Assembly (NCBI GenBank): GCA_000708835.1 | Contig: DF237361.1 | Span: forward strand, 1-64,000 | Reading direction: 5' to 3' | DNA: 64,000 bases | From: Klebsormidium nitens | Lineage: Eukaryota > Plantae > Klebsormidiophyceae | Part shown: piece by piece, positions 1 through 12,400 of the stretch | Layout of the letters: each line of letters starts with the position of its first letter | Position numbering within the stretch: position 1 is the first letter of the stretch | Translations under genes and position numbers: made by a program | Notes under the pieces: generated by a model | Databases searched by the model: none | Seen by the model: the letters and a program-made list of their open reading frames with translations, nothing else | Told to the model about the DNA's origin: nothing

Positions 1-186
1 TGATGAGCGTGGTGTCCTCAGATTGTTCATCCTTTTTGGCAGTTGGAAGCTTGAAACTCTTTATATATCGATATTTATTAAGACAGTTTGTGGATTAAGG
101 CGTCGCATCTAGTTTCCAGCGATGTGGGATCTGTGCTATAGCGTTGCAGAGCTGGGCTTCCTAGTACTTTGAAAGAGTCCGCAAAG

Positions 187-1277
187 ATGGCTCTAGCACG
201 TTCTTCCGTCCTTCAACTGCTTAGACAATCCACCTCTGGTAGGGCTGGGCTTTTAGCAAGTATTCTGAATAGAGCTGGAGCTCATAAGCAGCAAGTTACG
301 TCAACTTATGAAGCAATCCAATGTGGCGCTTCTGCTGAACCTCGGGGGACAAATGTGACCAGATCTTTCCGAGCTGGGACAAACGTGATGCATGCAGCAA
401 AGGTCAAAGGTCAGAGAGATGCGGAGGATTTCATAGTGAGTCACACCCCGAGTCACACAAGGCTTGCAAGGATGGGTTTCCAAGGGGCAACCACAGCAAC
501 GATGTTCTTGCTTGTCTAGTGCGCCAATGTGACAATCGTACAGTATTAAATCTTACGTTCTCATGTTACCAGGGAAGGAGCAACTCGTGGACGGCTGTGT
601 CACCTATATGCTCAGAAATGCATTGATGTTTGATTAGGGATGCAGAGGTTTGAGGTTCGTTGGCATTTGACAACAGAACACTAAGTGTGACGAGTACCGA
701 CTGTGCCACATTGATCGTCTCGACGATGCCACATTTTGTGACGTTGCCAGTCTGGTGGTGAACAACTTTCTATCATGGAATCTTGCAGGAAGATTATCCT
801 GCGATTGCTGAGGGCCCTCCTCGGGGGCGCTTCATTTCCAAGTCAGAAGAGGAGGTCTTTGAAGACCACCGAAGATCATCAGTCCTACGCTGCATGGGGG
901 CAAGGTAGGCTAAAGTTTAGCAATGATCGTTTACAGATCAGTCAGGCCCATATTGCTGTCAGTACAATATTTCCATGAATTTGAATTGGACATGGACCTT
1001 CATGAAACACAGAAGAAGGTGATCACCAGTGCACGATCCTGTGATGAGACAACAAGTCAGCAGCAAGAGACACATTCGTGAATGATCTACTTAATGTGCG
1101 GCAGTCAATTGTGATGGAATTGAAGCAAGGCTGCCGTTGATTTTCTGCAGCTATGGTCAGGGGGAGGTGTTGAGCTACGAAGCTCGGCAGGTCTCGCGGA
1201 AGTTCATCACCCCGTCCATCATCTTGGAGGGACAAAACAAGCTGGCACACCACCACCACGACGAGATTGACCACTAG
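187..1277 (+). CDS. Hypothetical ~163-aa protein with transit-peptide-like N-terminus and His-rich C-terminus
   Basis: Exons 187-435, 789-904, 1151-1277 join in phase (donors GTGAGT, GTAGGC; acceptors TTGCAG, CTGCAG). Starts MALARSSVLQLLRQSTSGRAGLL (R/S/L-rich, no acidic residues) and ends QNKLAHHHHDEIDH*. Family not recognised. Confidence 0.6.
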
Positions 1278-3234
1278 CTAGCTGATGTCAGCGAGGTGAG
1301 GCTCACAGAGACAAAGGTACAGACCATTTTAGGGCCAACTAGGGCACATTGGGGATGTGACCCAGCTTACTAGCATGAGTCAAGTCAAAAGGGTGGCCCG
1401 GAGCCAGGAGAGGATCTCTTGCTTTGCAAAGCCTGGAGATCAACAGAAGCACACCAACACATCCTTCCTATCAACCGATGTGTATGAAGCGAGGAACCAA
1501 GGAGTTTCTAACAGCAGCGAACTGTCTCAATGGCATCAAAGTATATCAATCTTTGATTTGATACATTCAATAACTCAAACTTCCAAGCATACAGAGATTC
1601 CGGGAGATTGCTCCGCAGGCTTCCTCGCCCTGCATCAAAGTCGTTTGTCGTCAGAGCATCTTCTTTTGATTCTAGAATCTTAAAAAGCGCGAACACAATC
1701 CGTTCATCAATTTAGCGACAGATCCTTCGGCCCCTTGTATACGCAGGTGTTTGAAAGTTATGCTACTTTGAATTTGAGAAGGTAATTGAGCCTTTCGCTT
1801 TTTCGCCAGTAATCTCTTGACTTCGTTTGTTTAGGAACGACTCGTGGAAGATGCTAATATACGGGAAGATGCGAGGAGAGTCATACCTGGTGCAGCTCGA
1901 ATCGACGACGCAAGATTGATGAGGATCGAAGCGAGCTTCTTTGGCTGCGTTTCTCTTCGCAAAAGTGAACAAGTACTAAGGCGTATGAGCTGGGTAAAGC
2001 CTTCAGCTAATGCGTCCTGATTGGGAGAGAGTTTCGGAAATCAGTAAGTGAGATTGCTGCTGATATCTGCATAAGCTGGGCCTCATTGATCACATGTTCG
2101 AAAACGTTCCGAGTTTGTTCTGAGTACGTTCAACCTAAAAACAATGTTTACAGGACTGCCAACACTTCGGAGTTCCTCAAATCTGCTGTCGTGGTACAAG
2201 CGGGATCCATAGGAACCAATATCGTCTGCAGTCGTTCAAATATCAGCTAGAGCCACTGATGTATCGTTCAAATCTTACCTGAAACAAATGTATCATAGGT
2301 GCACCAGCATGACCTAGTTTCATGCCTGTGTCGTCGTTCTCCACGAACACTTCGCCTCTGCATCCATTCTCGGGCACTGCAACGTATTGCAGCTTCGTCA
2401 CTGCTTTGACACGTACTAAGATCCGACAGTGACGCGGCGCATGCCTCAGACATATCCGTGCATCTCCGTCTATTCTATGGCTACATGAAGCCAGGAAAGC
2501 ATGGCACTGCAGCAGCTTACTTGAAACGCATTGTTTGCCGAAGTAAATCAAGCAACAAATCCATGTGAACTAGTGACAACGTGCATGATCCACGCAAGGA
2601 CTCAGCATGGTCGAGCAGGCTGTGTACTAGGAAGGCCGAGGCTCGCAAGGTCAATAGATCACATTTGGACACAGAACACGAGAAACGGTGAGATATTGTA
2701 GCTCTTGCTCTGCATTGCATGTGAGGCTAGGTGTGCCACAGCTGGCTTTTTCGGTCTAGCCGCGTGAATCAGAAAAAGTAGCTCTGTTGCGTGTTGCGAA
2801 TGTCGCACGCTTACGATCGCTCCGCCGAGCTCTTCGCAGGAGGACTGACGAACACGTTTGCAGTCGCAAGATTCACGCAGCAGTAAGTCTTACATCAAGA
2901 TTTGCACCAAATTTTCAAGTAACGTCAGACATCCGATAGACGTTCAGCGGGAGTATGTAGGAAGTCGAGTCTTCCTCATGGTTTGCGACTCTGCTTTGGA
3001 CCAGGCGTGCTTGATTCAAACGCGAGGTTTGGAGCAGGCTCAATTGTACTGGGCTGATTAAGCATCCGAGAAACCACCAGCATCCCTCTGTCAAAACCCG
3101 CAGAGGCCACACTTCTACCAAAATCAGCACTAACGGCTGTCTCTCGGGTTGCAGCGCAAAGAAGCGAAGCGCATTGGCGGACTGCTTTCTTTGTGGCAGC
3201 ATAATATTCGAACGGTGAGCGCCTGCTTCAAACA

Positions 3235-5159
3235 ATGGCGGCAGTGCACGTCGTCGCTGCGGGCCCGGCGGTCCGGCTGGAGGAGGTCCGCGACGAGGTG
3301 GTGGTGGAGCATGGCGAGGACAAGCTGTCCACCGCAGCTGAGGCCCTGGACCGAGCAGCAGAAGAGCAGAGAAAAGTGGCGCAGGTGAAGGAGTGGCTCC
3401 TCTCCAGTGCATGCACGGCCACCTAGAACGAATGTTTCGCAGGAGCAAGATGTGGTTGGAGTTTCGTTTCGAGCGAGCAGACGCTGGTTGAGCTTGCTGC
3501 AATTCAAATTCTTTTTGGAGCTAGTATTCTGGAAGTGCATGTTGGCCTGAACTGCCGTCCAACTCGAAATGCATCTTTTGAAGCAAACACTAACATTTCG
3601 AAGCAGACCGTCCGGGCATCAGTCCTCTATTCAGTTACTGAAGTCAGTAGGTTGGACCATTCATTCTCATCAAGGTCAGAGCCTTGTAGTAGTCCGATCC
3701 CCAGAGCAAGAATCTTGCATGTGCAGCCCCATTTGCGGCAGTTCGAGGAACGGTTTTTCAAACGAGCTTGTTGTATTTTCAGGAAACCGAAGATGCTGCC
3801 ACGCAAGCCCAAAATCTGGCAAACGAAGCAGCCAAGAAAGCGTCCCAGGTAAGCTATCGCCGGCATTTCGTCACGTGTTACATCCCGCAGTTTTTTCGAG
3901 CACTTACAACGGGTGAATGCTGGTGCAGTGCCCCTCAACCGTACCAACCTTGTATCAGACTTCCATTTCTCCATCGTTGCACTGCACCCTCGAGCCACTG
4001 TGCCCTGTATCATTTTGTTTCTGGAGGCCTGCAAAAAACAATTTGAGCTTCCAGGGACAGAAGTCGGCAACGAAGACCGCTATTCTCCGACGTTCTCATT
4101 GCTGATTTCGAGCCTGTGCCCCTCCCGCTTCCAAGTGCTCATGCCCTGCAACCAGACTGCAACGTGGGCTTGTTCCACTCTCAATGGATCCCGACAGACG
4201 TTTGCCACCACCCCATGAGAAAAAGCATCTCGGCCTCGTGAGGATTCTCGAAGTTTGCCAGCACTTGTCACGAACACCATTCTCCACTTGAGTCCACATG
4301 GCTCCAAATTCTTCCTCCTAAAGCTTTCGTTGCAATCGGTTCAATTTTCCGCGACTGTACACCGCTGCTCAGTGACAAGCTGCCACGTGTGCCATGCCCC
4401 AGGCGGACGCCGCGCAGGCGGAGGCGGTGAGCTACCGGCAAGAGGCGCGCGAGCTGCTGCAGGCGTCGGTGGACAAGCTGCGGGAGGCGGGCGGGGCAGC
4501 CAAGCACCTCCTGGAAGCCGCGGAGCAGGCCATCAAGGTGCGCCCACGACTGCTATTGAGCTGGTTTGCAAATACCATTACAAACCCTGCAACTGCCACT
4601 AATATCGTCCTGCATCCAACATCCACGCGTTGGCACCTTGGCTATTTCTACTCTTGCATGAGGCAAGCACCTCGAGAAGAAGGGCATTTTCTTTGCTCGA
4701 GTTTGCCTGCGCCTCTTCGTTGCTTGTGAGGTAGCACAGACGGTCGCCGGTTGCAGTCCCTTCAGCATCCAGCATCCAAGCTGGTCTCAAGATCGGCAAC
4801 CGAAATGAGGTCCGTCGAGATCTGGTCGCAGATGTCTTCCGGGCGAACGTAGCCCGGTTGGTCAAAGACCGCTGCTGCGTCTGTGCCGACTTGCGTCACT
4901 GCTGGTCCTGCAGGACGCTGCCCAGCGGGTGCATCTGACGGGCGCGAAGGCCCAGCCGGGTGAGCAACACGAGCCCACCGGGGCTGCCCCAGCGGCCGCC
5001 TACCCCGCCGCCTACCCGGCCGGCGCGGGCGACGCAGCCGCGCCGAAGGGCGAGGGAGGGGCCGGTCACAAGATGCAGGGCTTCTTCCACGAGGTGGCGG
5101 TCAAGATGCACCTCACGTCGCAGCACGACAAGGACGAGGTGCCCCACGACAAGGAGTGA
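3235..5159 (+). CDS. 198-aa Ala/Glu-rich helical hydrophilic protein, LEA-like (unknown function)
   Basis: Four exons 3235-3384, 3783-3848, 4403-4537, 4914-5159, all introns phase 0 GT-AG, GC-rich codons. A/E/Q/K-rich coiled-coil-like core (EAARELLQ-type helices), AAYPAAYPA linker, ends HKMQGFFHEVAVKMHLTSQHDKDEVPHDKE*. LEA label rests on composition only. Confidence 0.75.
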
Positions 5160-6489
5160 ATTGATTGGGCACGAATAGAGCGACCGGTCAGCGCAGCCTA
5201 CGCGAACGTAGCACTAAAGAAGGGAAGAACAAAACCGTTGGCGGTATGACGTATCGAGGTTCCATTGACGGTTGTACGTATCCAACAGGAGCTGCCCTAA
5301 GAAAGCCGCAAGGTTTCAATATTGTCAAGCGGCTGGCGTGGCGTGCAATTTTTCATGTTAGACTTGCACGGATGCACCGCAACTTGCAATATGTTGCGTA
5401 GCTCACGCTCGATCCTATAGTATTCCGTATTCTGAAGTATAGGTGTTTACGGCTGGTACCCTCTTATTCAGATGGTGCAACATTCATCGATCGTGTGGGC
5501 TCAAACGGGTACTGATCGTATGCAATGGTGATTGATTTGAAGAGCAAAGATGTCTCTAGCTATGTCAACAACAATCATTGTTACAAAATCAATCTTGAAA
5601 GGCACCCTTTCCGGAACTCATGCAACCAAAATGCTTCCTGCATGGATACCACGTTGGACGCGGACCCAAGAATCGAAGCTCTACCGTCGGATAGGTGCCA
5701 TACTTCCGCAGGCCGCGATGCTAGGGCCGGAGCGTGCATCATGCATGGCATGGTTAGGGTACTCGATCGAACATGACCATATAAAATGAACGTGCAGCCG
5801 CGCACGTTTCGATTGCGCGTCAAGGTGCTGTCGATCCCGAACTGGCGCAACGTGCACATGTCAGCCCAGAACTTTGCGAGTGCAGCCCCTCAGGCACGTT
5901 CAATGCAAGCCGCTTTTTGCAGCTTGACAAGCCATCTTGGGAGTGCCGGACGGCACACAGCACTTTATTCGCAATGCATATGGTTGTATTGGCTCTTATA
6001 TTGGACACGTCATGCAATCACACCGTACTTGGGTTGTAAGTTGACTACCAGCATTAACGCACCACCAACATGCTGGGGCGTCCGATTTCAAGACTTCAGT
6101 GCACCTTGCGGATCAAGAAGATGGCGCGGATATATATGATGATTGGACTTCGGCCTTCGCACTTTCTTTGCATCATTAGGGCCTGAGCACAAGGACAACA
6201 GCATCATTACTTCCAAGCACAGATCTAAAGTGGACAACACGTGCAAAGGCGAATACGTTTTGCCGCGGCAATGATTTACGCAGGCTGAGTCCCAATTGCC
6301 TCGAAGCATCTCGTCTGATCCTTTATTGATCCATACGTGAGCCGTTTAGCCTGCTTGCGAGTCGATGTCGACGTCCCCAAGACGTCTGCCAATGTCGCAA
6401 TACGCACGAAAGCGACCTACACAGCGAGCCTTGCCCTTCAATCCATGCGCGAGGTGCTGCAACAGCAGCGGTGCAGCTTCCTGCCGTAC

Positions 6490-9400
6490 TTACATGCTCT
6501 TCTTTCCCATTTGCGCCAGCATGTTCTGCAACAAAGGGAATCCGCCCGTCTGTGAGATTGGTGCAGCCAACATTCGGCCTTACATCCTCACTCCCACAAG
6601 CTGCGCAGAAGCGGTCTGTACGTCCAGAGGCAAGCTCAGCGTTGTCGCCTGTCCCCCATTGACATTTCGGGTAGGCGAAGGCGAGATGTAGTGAGGCAGA
6701 GTAACTTGACCGACACATAGCAATATGGACTACCGAAGAGCGGCTTTGTTTCAAGAGGGCCGACGGCCCGTGCTGCTGCCTCACCTTGAGCATGGGCACG
6801 ATGGCGGGATTGGCCGCCAGGAAGGTTGCCATCTTGGCCCTGTCCTTCAGCAGCCCCTGTAACCATACCGCCACAAACTAGCAGTCAGGACGCACCCAGA
6901 CCAAGGCTCTTGACACGACGATATTTTGCTCCGTGAAGAAGGGTTGAGTTGTGAGAAAGGGGACTTGTGGAGGCCGCGAGACCATCTGGCAAGTTTCCAG
7001 AGACATTTTATCGGCCAGGTCTTTTGGATTACAATGAAGCTGGTTGTGCTGCTTGCCATCTGAAGCACAGAGCTAGACTCTAGCAGCAGTTTCTAGGTTA
7101 CTGCACCACCTCCGTTCCCACGGATAGGCAGAGCAATGCTTTCCCTTACGACGAGGTGCCAGGTACACAGGCAGGGAGTATGGCGAGACTGCTCTGATCA
7201 AGTAGCTGAGAGCCTGCCGTTCCAGGCTGCGCACCCACCTGGATGAAGCCTGGTTGTTTCAAGATCTCCTGCAGCTTCCCCATCATCTCCGTCGTCTTCG
7301 CCTGGACAGGCCGGGGAGCCGACGGCCCCGCCTGCGCACCCTGGGGCGCGCCTCCCTGTGCAGCGGCGGGCTGCATCTGCTGCGATTGTACCCCAACCGG
7401 CGCGGCCCCCTGGCCGCCATACCGGGGTTGCTGCTGCGTTGGCCAGGCCTGTGCCTGGGAAATGCCCGGGCTGGGCTGCTGCTGAGACGGCATGCTTTGC
7501 CCGTACGCTTGTTGGGGGCCCCTTTGGGCCTGCACGCCACCCCCCGGCGAGGGCTGCTTCTGCCAACCTGGAGCTACCGGCACGGGCGGGCTGGCGGCGC
7601 CGAAAGAATCCGAACGGCCCATGAGGCGAGGGTCCGCGCGCCGGCGGGGATCCGCGGTCGGCAGGGCTGGGACTCCGGAGGCGGCTCTCCGGGAATCGTG
7701 GGCCGGGGGCTGGGAGGGAGCCTCGGGTCGCTGCGCCTGAGTCGGGGCACCAGCTTGCATGGCCGCTCGCCGAGGATCTGCGCTGGGGCCGGCCTCGGGC
7801 TGAGGCGCGGCGCTTCTTCTGGGGTCGAAAGACTGCTGCTGGGGCGCTGTAGCCCGCCTTGGGTCGGCTGACGGGGGCGCTGGGCCTCGTAGAGACGTCT
7901 CTGCTGGGGACGCAGCCATCGGCGGTTGCCGACGCGGGTCTGCAAAGGACGCCTGACTCTGGGGCGGGGCTGGCACTGGCTGCGGGGACTTGAACGGCTG
8001 GGGCTTGTCGGCAGAGGCGCGGTCTGCTGTTTGCGCGACCTCGTGCAGTGGTTTGGGCCAGGCCGCCGGAACGGGCTTGGGCGCTGGCGAGGGAGGCGTG
8101 GGGCTGGGCAGGGGAATGTATGCCGACTGGATGGGGGGCCGCACCATTGGGGGCAGCGGCGCTCGAGCCGGCTGCTGTGGAGGGGGCGGCTGAACAGGCC
8201 TTGCGGGAGCCTGCAGATGAGCCCCTGGTGGCCGCATTGGCACGGCTCTCGCTTCCGGTTTCGCCCCAGTTGGGGCCGCTTGGCTGACAACCACCTTTGC
8301 GGGGTCGACCCGCGGCTTGACCACCGCGGCTTGGCCCGCCAGTCTGACGACTGCGGCGGTCGGCGCCCGCACCACCACGGGCTTGGCCCCTGCTGACGTC
8401 ACCAGCGGCACGGCCCCTGGTTCCGCGGCCGGCTGCAGCGGCGCCCCGACCACGGTGCGGCCCTTCTCACTCTCGAGCTTCATGAAGTCGTCCACCCGGA
8501 TGCTGGGCGCGCGGCCGCCGGTGTGAATGCGCGCCGCCGTGGCCTGCGCGGGGACCGCCACCGCGCCGCCCTTCTGCGCCATGAAGTCGTCCACGTGCAT
8601 CGACGGCGGGCGCCCCGTGTTCTGCCTCCGTGCCCGGAACGGGTCCTTTCGGGCGGCGAGCGTTGCGGCCGCTGCCTGCGCCGCTGTCTGCGCAGCCGTC
8701 TGTTTCTTCGCTTGCGCTTCATTTGCGTCCCCCTCGGCTTTCCGCTTGAGGCTCGGCTTTGGGGCGGGGGGCCATACGATGTCGGTGCTGTACTGCCAGG
8801 GCACGCGTTCGCTCCAGGCCTGGTCCTGGGGGCGCTGCTCGATGCGAATACTCCCTTCTTCCTTGAACGACACCCAGCCCTCCAGCGAGCGCGTCCACTC
8901 CCCGTCCCCATTCACATTGTCCCGGGGAGAGGCGCCTGGCCGTAAAGCGACGCGGTTGGGCCCTTCTTCCAGCTTGGCTTTCGCCGCGCGGGCCGCTGCC
9001 GCCTCCTCAAATTGTTCGGTCAGGTCCCGGGGCGCGTCAAAGGCAGCAGCCTGCGCTGTCAGTTCTGCGAGCGCAGCCTCTGGGCTGGGCGCTGCTTCTG
9101 CTCCGACAGAGGTTAAGACGTCCGCCAGGGAGGAGGACAGGCTGAAGTCCTGCAGAAAGCGGAAAGGAGAGATTCCATGAGCAAGAGCAGCTTCAGAACA
9201 TACTAAAGCGAAGGCTGACATGATTCTGTTGGGGGCTTGCTTCAACACGCGGAGTCCCAAAATTGAACCATCTAACATGATGCAACATGGGCGAAGGTTC
9301 ACTTTGTGCAGTCCCAAATTGAGGATGTTAAAGACGAATCTAATCTCATGCGAAGTAACCAGTTAGAAAAGCCTCACTAAGCATGCAACAAACTTTTACT

Positions 9401-12400
9401 TTTCCATCCACTCTGTCGCACTTACCTTTTTGACACTCTTTGCGGAGGGTCCCTGAATGGTGTGCACCACCTCCCCTAGCAGTGTCACCACCTGTTGCAC
9501 TGGCCCTCCCACAAAGTTCGCCCCTTCAAACAAGCGCCGGAGCGCCCTCCTGCCATGCTCGCTCTTCCCTCCATCCGCTAGCGCCAGCCCCACCCCTGCT
9601 GCAGACCCCAGCAGCTTGCCAAGCTCCGAGCCACCAGACGCCTTCACACTGCTCGTCAGAGCTGCCGCCAGGGCCTCCCAGAGCAGTGTGAACGCGCCTT
9701 TGCTCCCGACTCCTTCGTCCATGGGCTCAACGTCCGAAGTCGCATCCCCACCTTTCCAAGCCACCGTCGCAATCGCGTTTCTTCCCCGGTCGTTCCCTGC
9801 TAGGAGGCCCAGCACCCGCAGTGCTGCCGCCATTCTCCCGTCCTTCACGTGCAGTGTCGAGACAGTCTCCAGCAGGGCCGCTGCCACCGCCTGGCTTTGC
9901 TCGTGGGGGGGCGCCGCCTCCACCATTCGCTGCCCCTCGGGGGCCTGCGGCGTCAGGCACACCGCAGGGTTCACCAGATTCTGCAGCACCCCCAGGGAGC
10001 CTATCCCAAGGCGCGCGCCGAGAGCCGCCGGGACGCCCGCTGACCTCAGCAAAGACGTCATCTGCGCAGCGACGGGCAGCGCTTGGAGCCCGGCTTTTAC
10101 TGCAGGGCTTTGCACGAGATAGCCCAAGAGATTTAGGGCGCGGACGAGACGCCAGCCGCGTGCGTCCCGCTCCGGAGGGGAGGCCTCGTCGGGGCCAGGT
10201 GCGTCGGCGAGGAAGTCGGAGATGGCGGACTGGAGCGGGGCGTACAGGTGGCGCGTCAGGGCCTGGCTGTGGTCGGCCCCCAAGGCGCACACGCGTGACG
10301 AGAGGCGGGCAAGCGCCTCTTGAAGGGGCTGGCACGACTGCGGAAGAACGACGGAGGGAGAGAGTGAGCAGGGGAACAGAAAACGGGGAGGTGAGAGCTC
10401 TACAAAGAACGTTTGTGAAACTTTGAAGGCGCGTTGCCAGGATTTTAAGGGGGACACAAGACGCCGATCTCAAACAGGTCTTGCCTTGTATACCGAAGGC
10501 AGACACGTCAAACCGCGCAAAAAGATCCTGAGTACTGCAGAACCCCAAGGATGAGATGAAGCGTTCAACACTTACCGTGAGAGCGAGTCGGCCCATGCTG
10601 GCCCCCAGTGCCTCGACATGCAGCGCCAGCGCCTTGGCCAGCTTCTCGCCCTGCTTGTGGCTCCACGTGTGCAGGCCTGCGCTGGCGGGGCCCAGCACGC
10701 TGCCGGCCGCAATGACGGGTAGGCCGTCGTGCAGCGCGCGCAGCGAGTGGGCGTGCGCGGGGGCGGGAGGGTACTCCTCGGGGAGAATGTCCGCCTGAGC
10801 AAGGGACAGGCAAAGAGTGTGAAAAACACAAACGACTGGACCAAGTATGAAACGCGCTTTCTAAGATTGACACACCTATTGCTTCCAGCTCTGTCGGACT
10901 CAAGAAACCAGTGTTTGCTTCGACGATGACTACAACGACTTCAAGGCAATGCCCACTACACCCAAGGACATACGGCTCGTGCACTTGTAGCGTCTCAGGA
11001 TGCCTGGCACAAACTACCGGTGCCTGCCCAATCGGCATCGGGTATGAGCATACCGACTGGCTGACGTTCGTGCTGGATTCCCAGAGCCACTGGGGAAAGT
11101 CAGGGCGAGTGGCCGCTCACCAGCAGTTGCAGAAGCCCCAGGACCGCCCGGGGCGCCTCCCCGGCCACCGTCCCTGCCTCCTGGGGCAGAGCCGCCAGCA
11201 GCTTCGGCAGCAAAGCGGGGCCCCACCGGGCGTCGACCGCCCAGAAGGCGACCACGGACGCCAGGCCCTGGCGCACCGCGTGCAGGAGCAGGGTGTTGCC
11301 GGACGGGGAGACCTTCAGGACGTCCGCAGTGTACGCAGGGCGGGAGCTGGAGAGGGTAGAGCACATGAGCCGCACAGCGGAAATTCAAAATCAAGCATGT
11401 CACAACATTCGAAAGCATCACCACCTGGCGGCCCAACTGCAGGAGTGGCTTCGAGAACAACGAAGATATACCATATGGAGCATTGCATGCGGATACAAGA
11501 CCTAAGCGAGTGCGTCAAAGGGGCTCTTGCGACGTATCGGAAACGAAGTTTGCCATCATCGCTCGTACCTGAGGGCCGAGTTGAGCGTCAGCAGGGCAGT
11601 CACCAGGGGCGTGTTGCGGTACTGGACGCCAGAAGACTGCGCGAAGCAGCAACAGGGACAGCTGTCATTGGACGAGTTTCACTTCTCGCTGAGACTCAAA
11701 CCGAAGGAACAGACGTCAAAAGGCAAACTACTAGGATCAAGTCTTTCTATCTTTTCCACGTCCATCCGTCAACACACGAAAAGCCCGCAAAGAAGGGGTA
11801 GAAGCCCATCGTCTCGGCCGCTTCTTGACAGGGTCAAGGTGAGATATGTATAATACGGCTGTGAGCTGCTTCTTACCTGGAGCTTTGTGAGCAGCAGGGT
11901 GGTGAGGGAAAGCGCAGGCAGCAGCAGCAGCAAGATGCGCCGCTCCTGCTGGGCCTCCGCAAGCTCGGCAATGGCGCCAGCTTCCACGTGGTCCGCAGGC
12001 ACATCTGCGATGCAGAATTGATATAACCACTCAGTAATGGCTGGGCTATCTCTTGGCCGAGGCAGCCGACAAAAGCTTTGCCAGCTAACCAGCTTGTAAA
12101 GATTTACTCTCGCAGTGAATCCTTAGGAATCTCTGATACCGTATGAAAGACGCCCTTTCGAATAAGTGAGAAAGGACACGATATTCTCGAGTCGGGATCT
12201 CCAAACTCTCACTATGTAGAGGTATCTGACAGCATGTACATGGGGTGGTCGGCTCTCTACTCACCAAAGTAGGTGGGCAGATCGTCTAGAGCCTGGGCAG
12301 CCTGTGCGAACACCTGCAGCAGCACCTCTACCCCGCCCGCATCGTACAGCGTTGCAGATACGGCCTGCAGAAACAGAAGTTCGGTCAGACATGGCTGCTT

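Noticed and set aside
5525-6139. ORFs 5525-5776 and 5786-6139 as genes or transposase fragments
   Set aside because: No recognisable motifs or splice chain; they lie in the convergent 3' spacer.
6323-6874. 183-aa ORF as the VIR C-terminus
   Set aside because: Only 6856-6785 is exonic; a strong donor and the acceptor at 6526 give the short terminal exon NMLAQMGKKSM*.
7198-10426. Many long plus-strand and alternate-frame ORFs overlapping VIR (e.g. 7254-7871, 9457-10122, 9821-10426)
   Set aside because: Shadow ORFs of GC-rich coding exons with few stops; no motifs or splice support.
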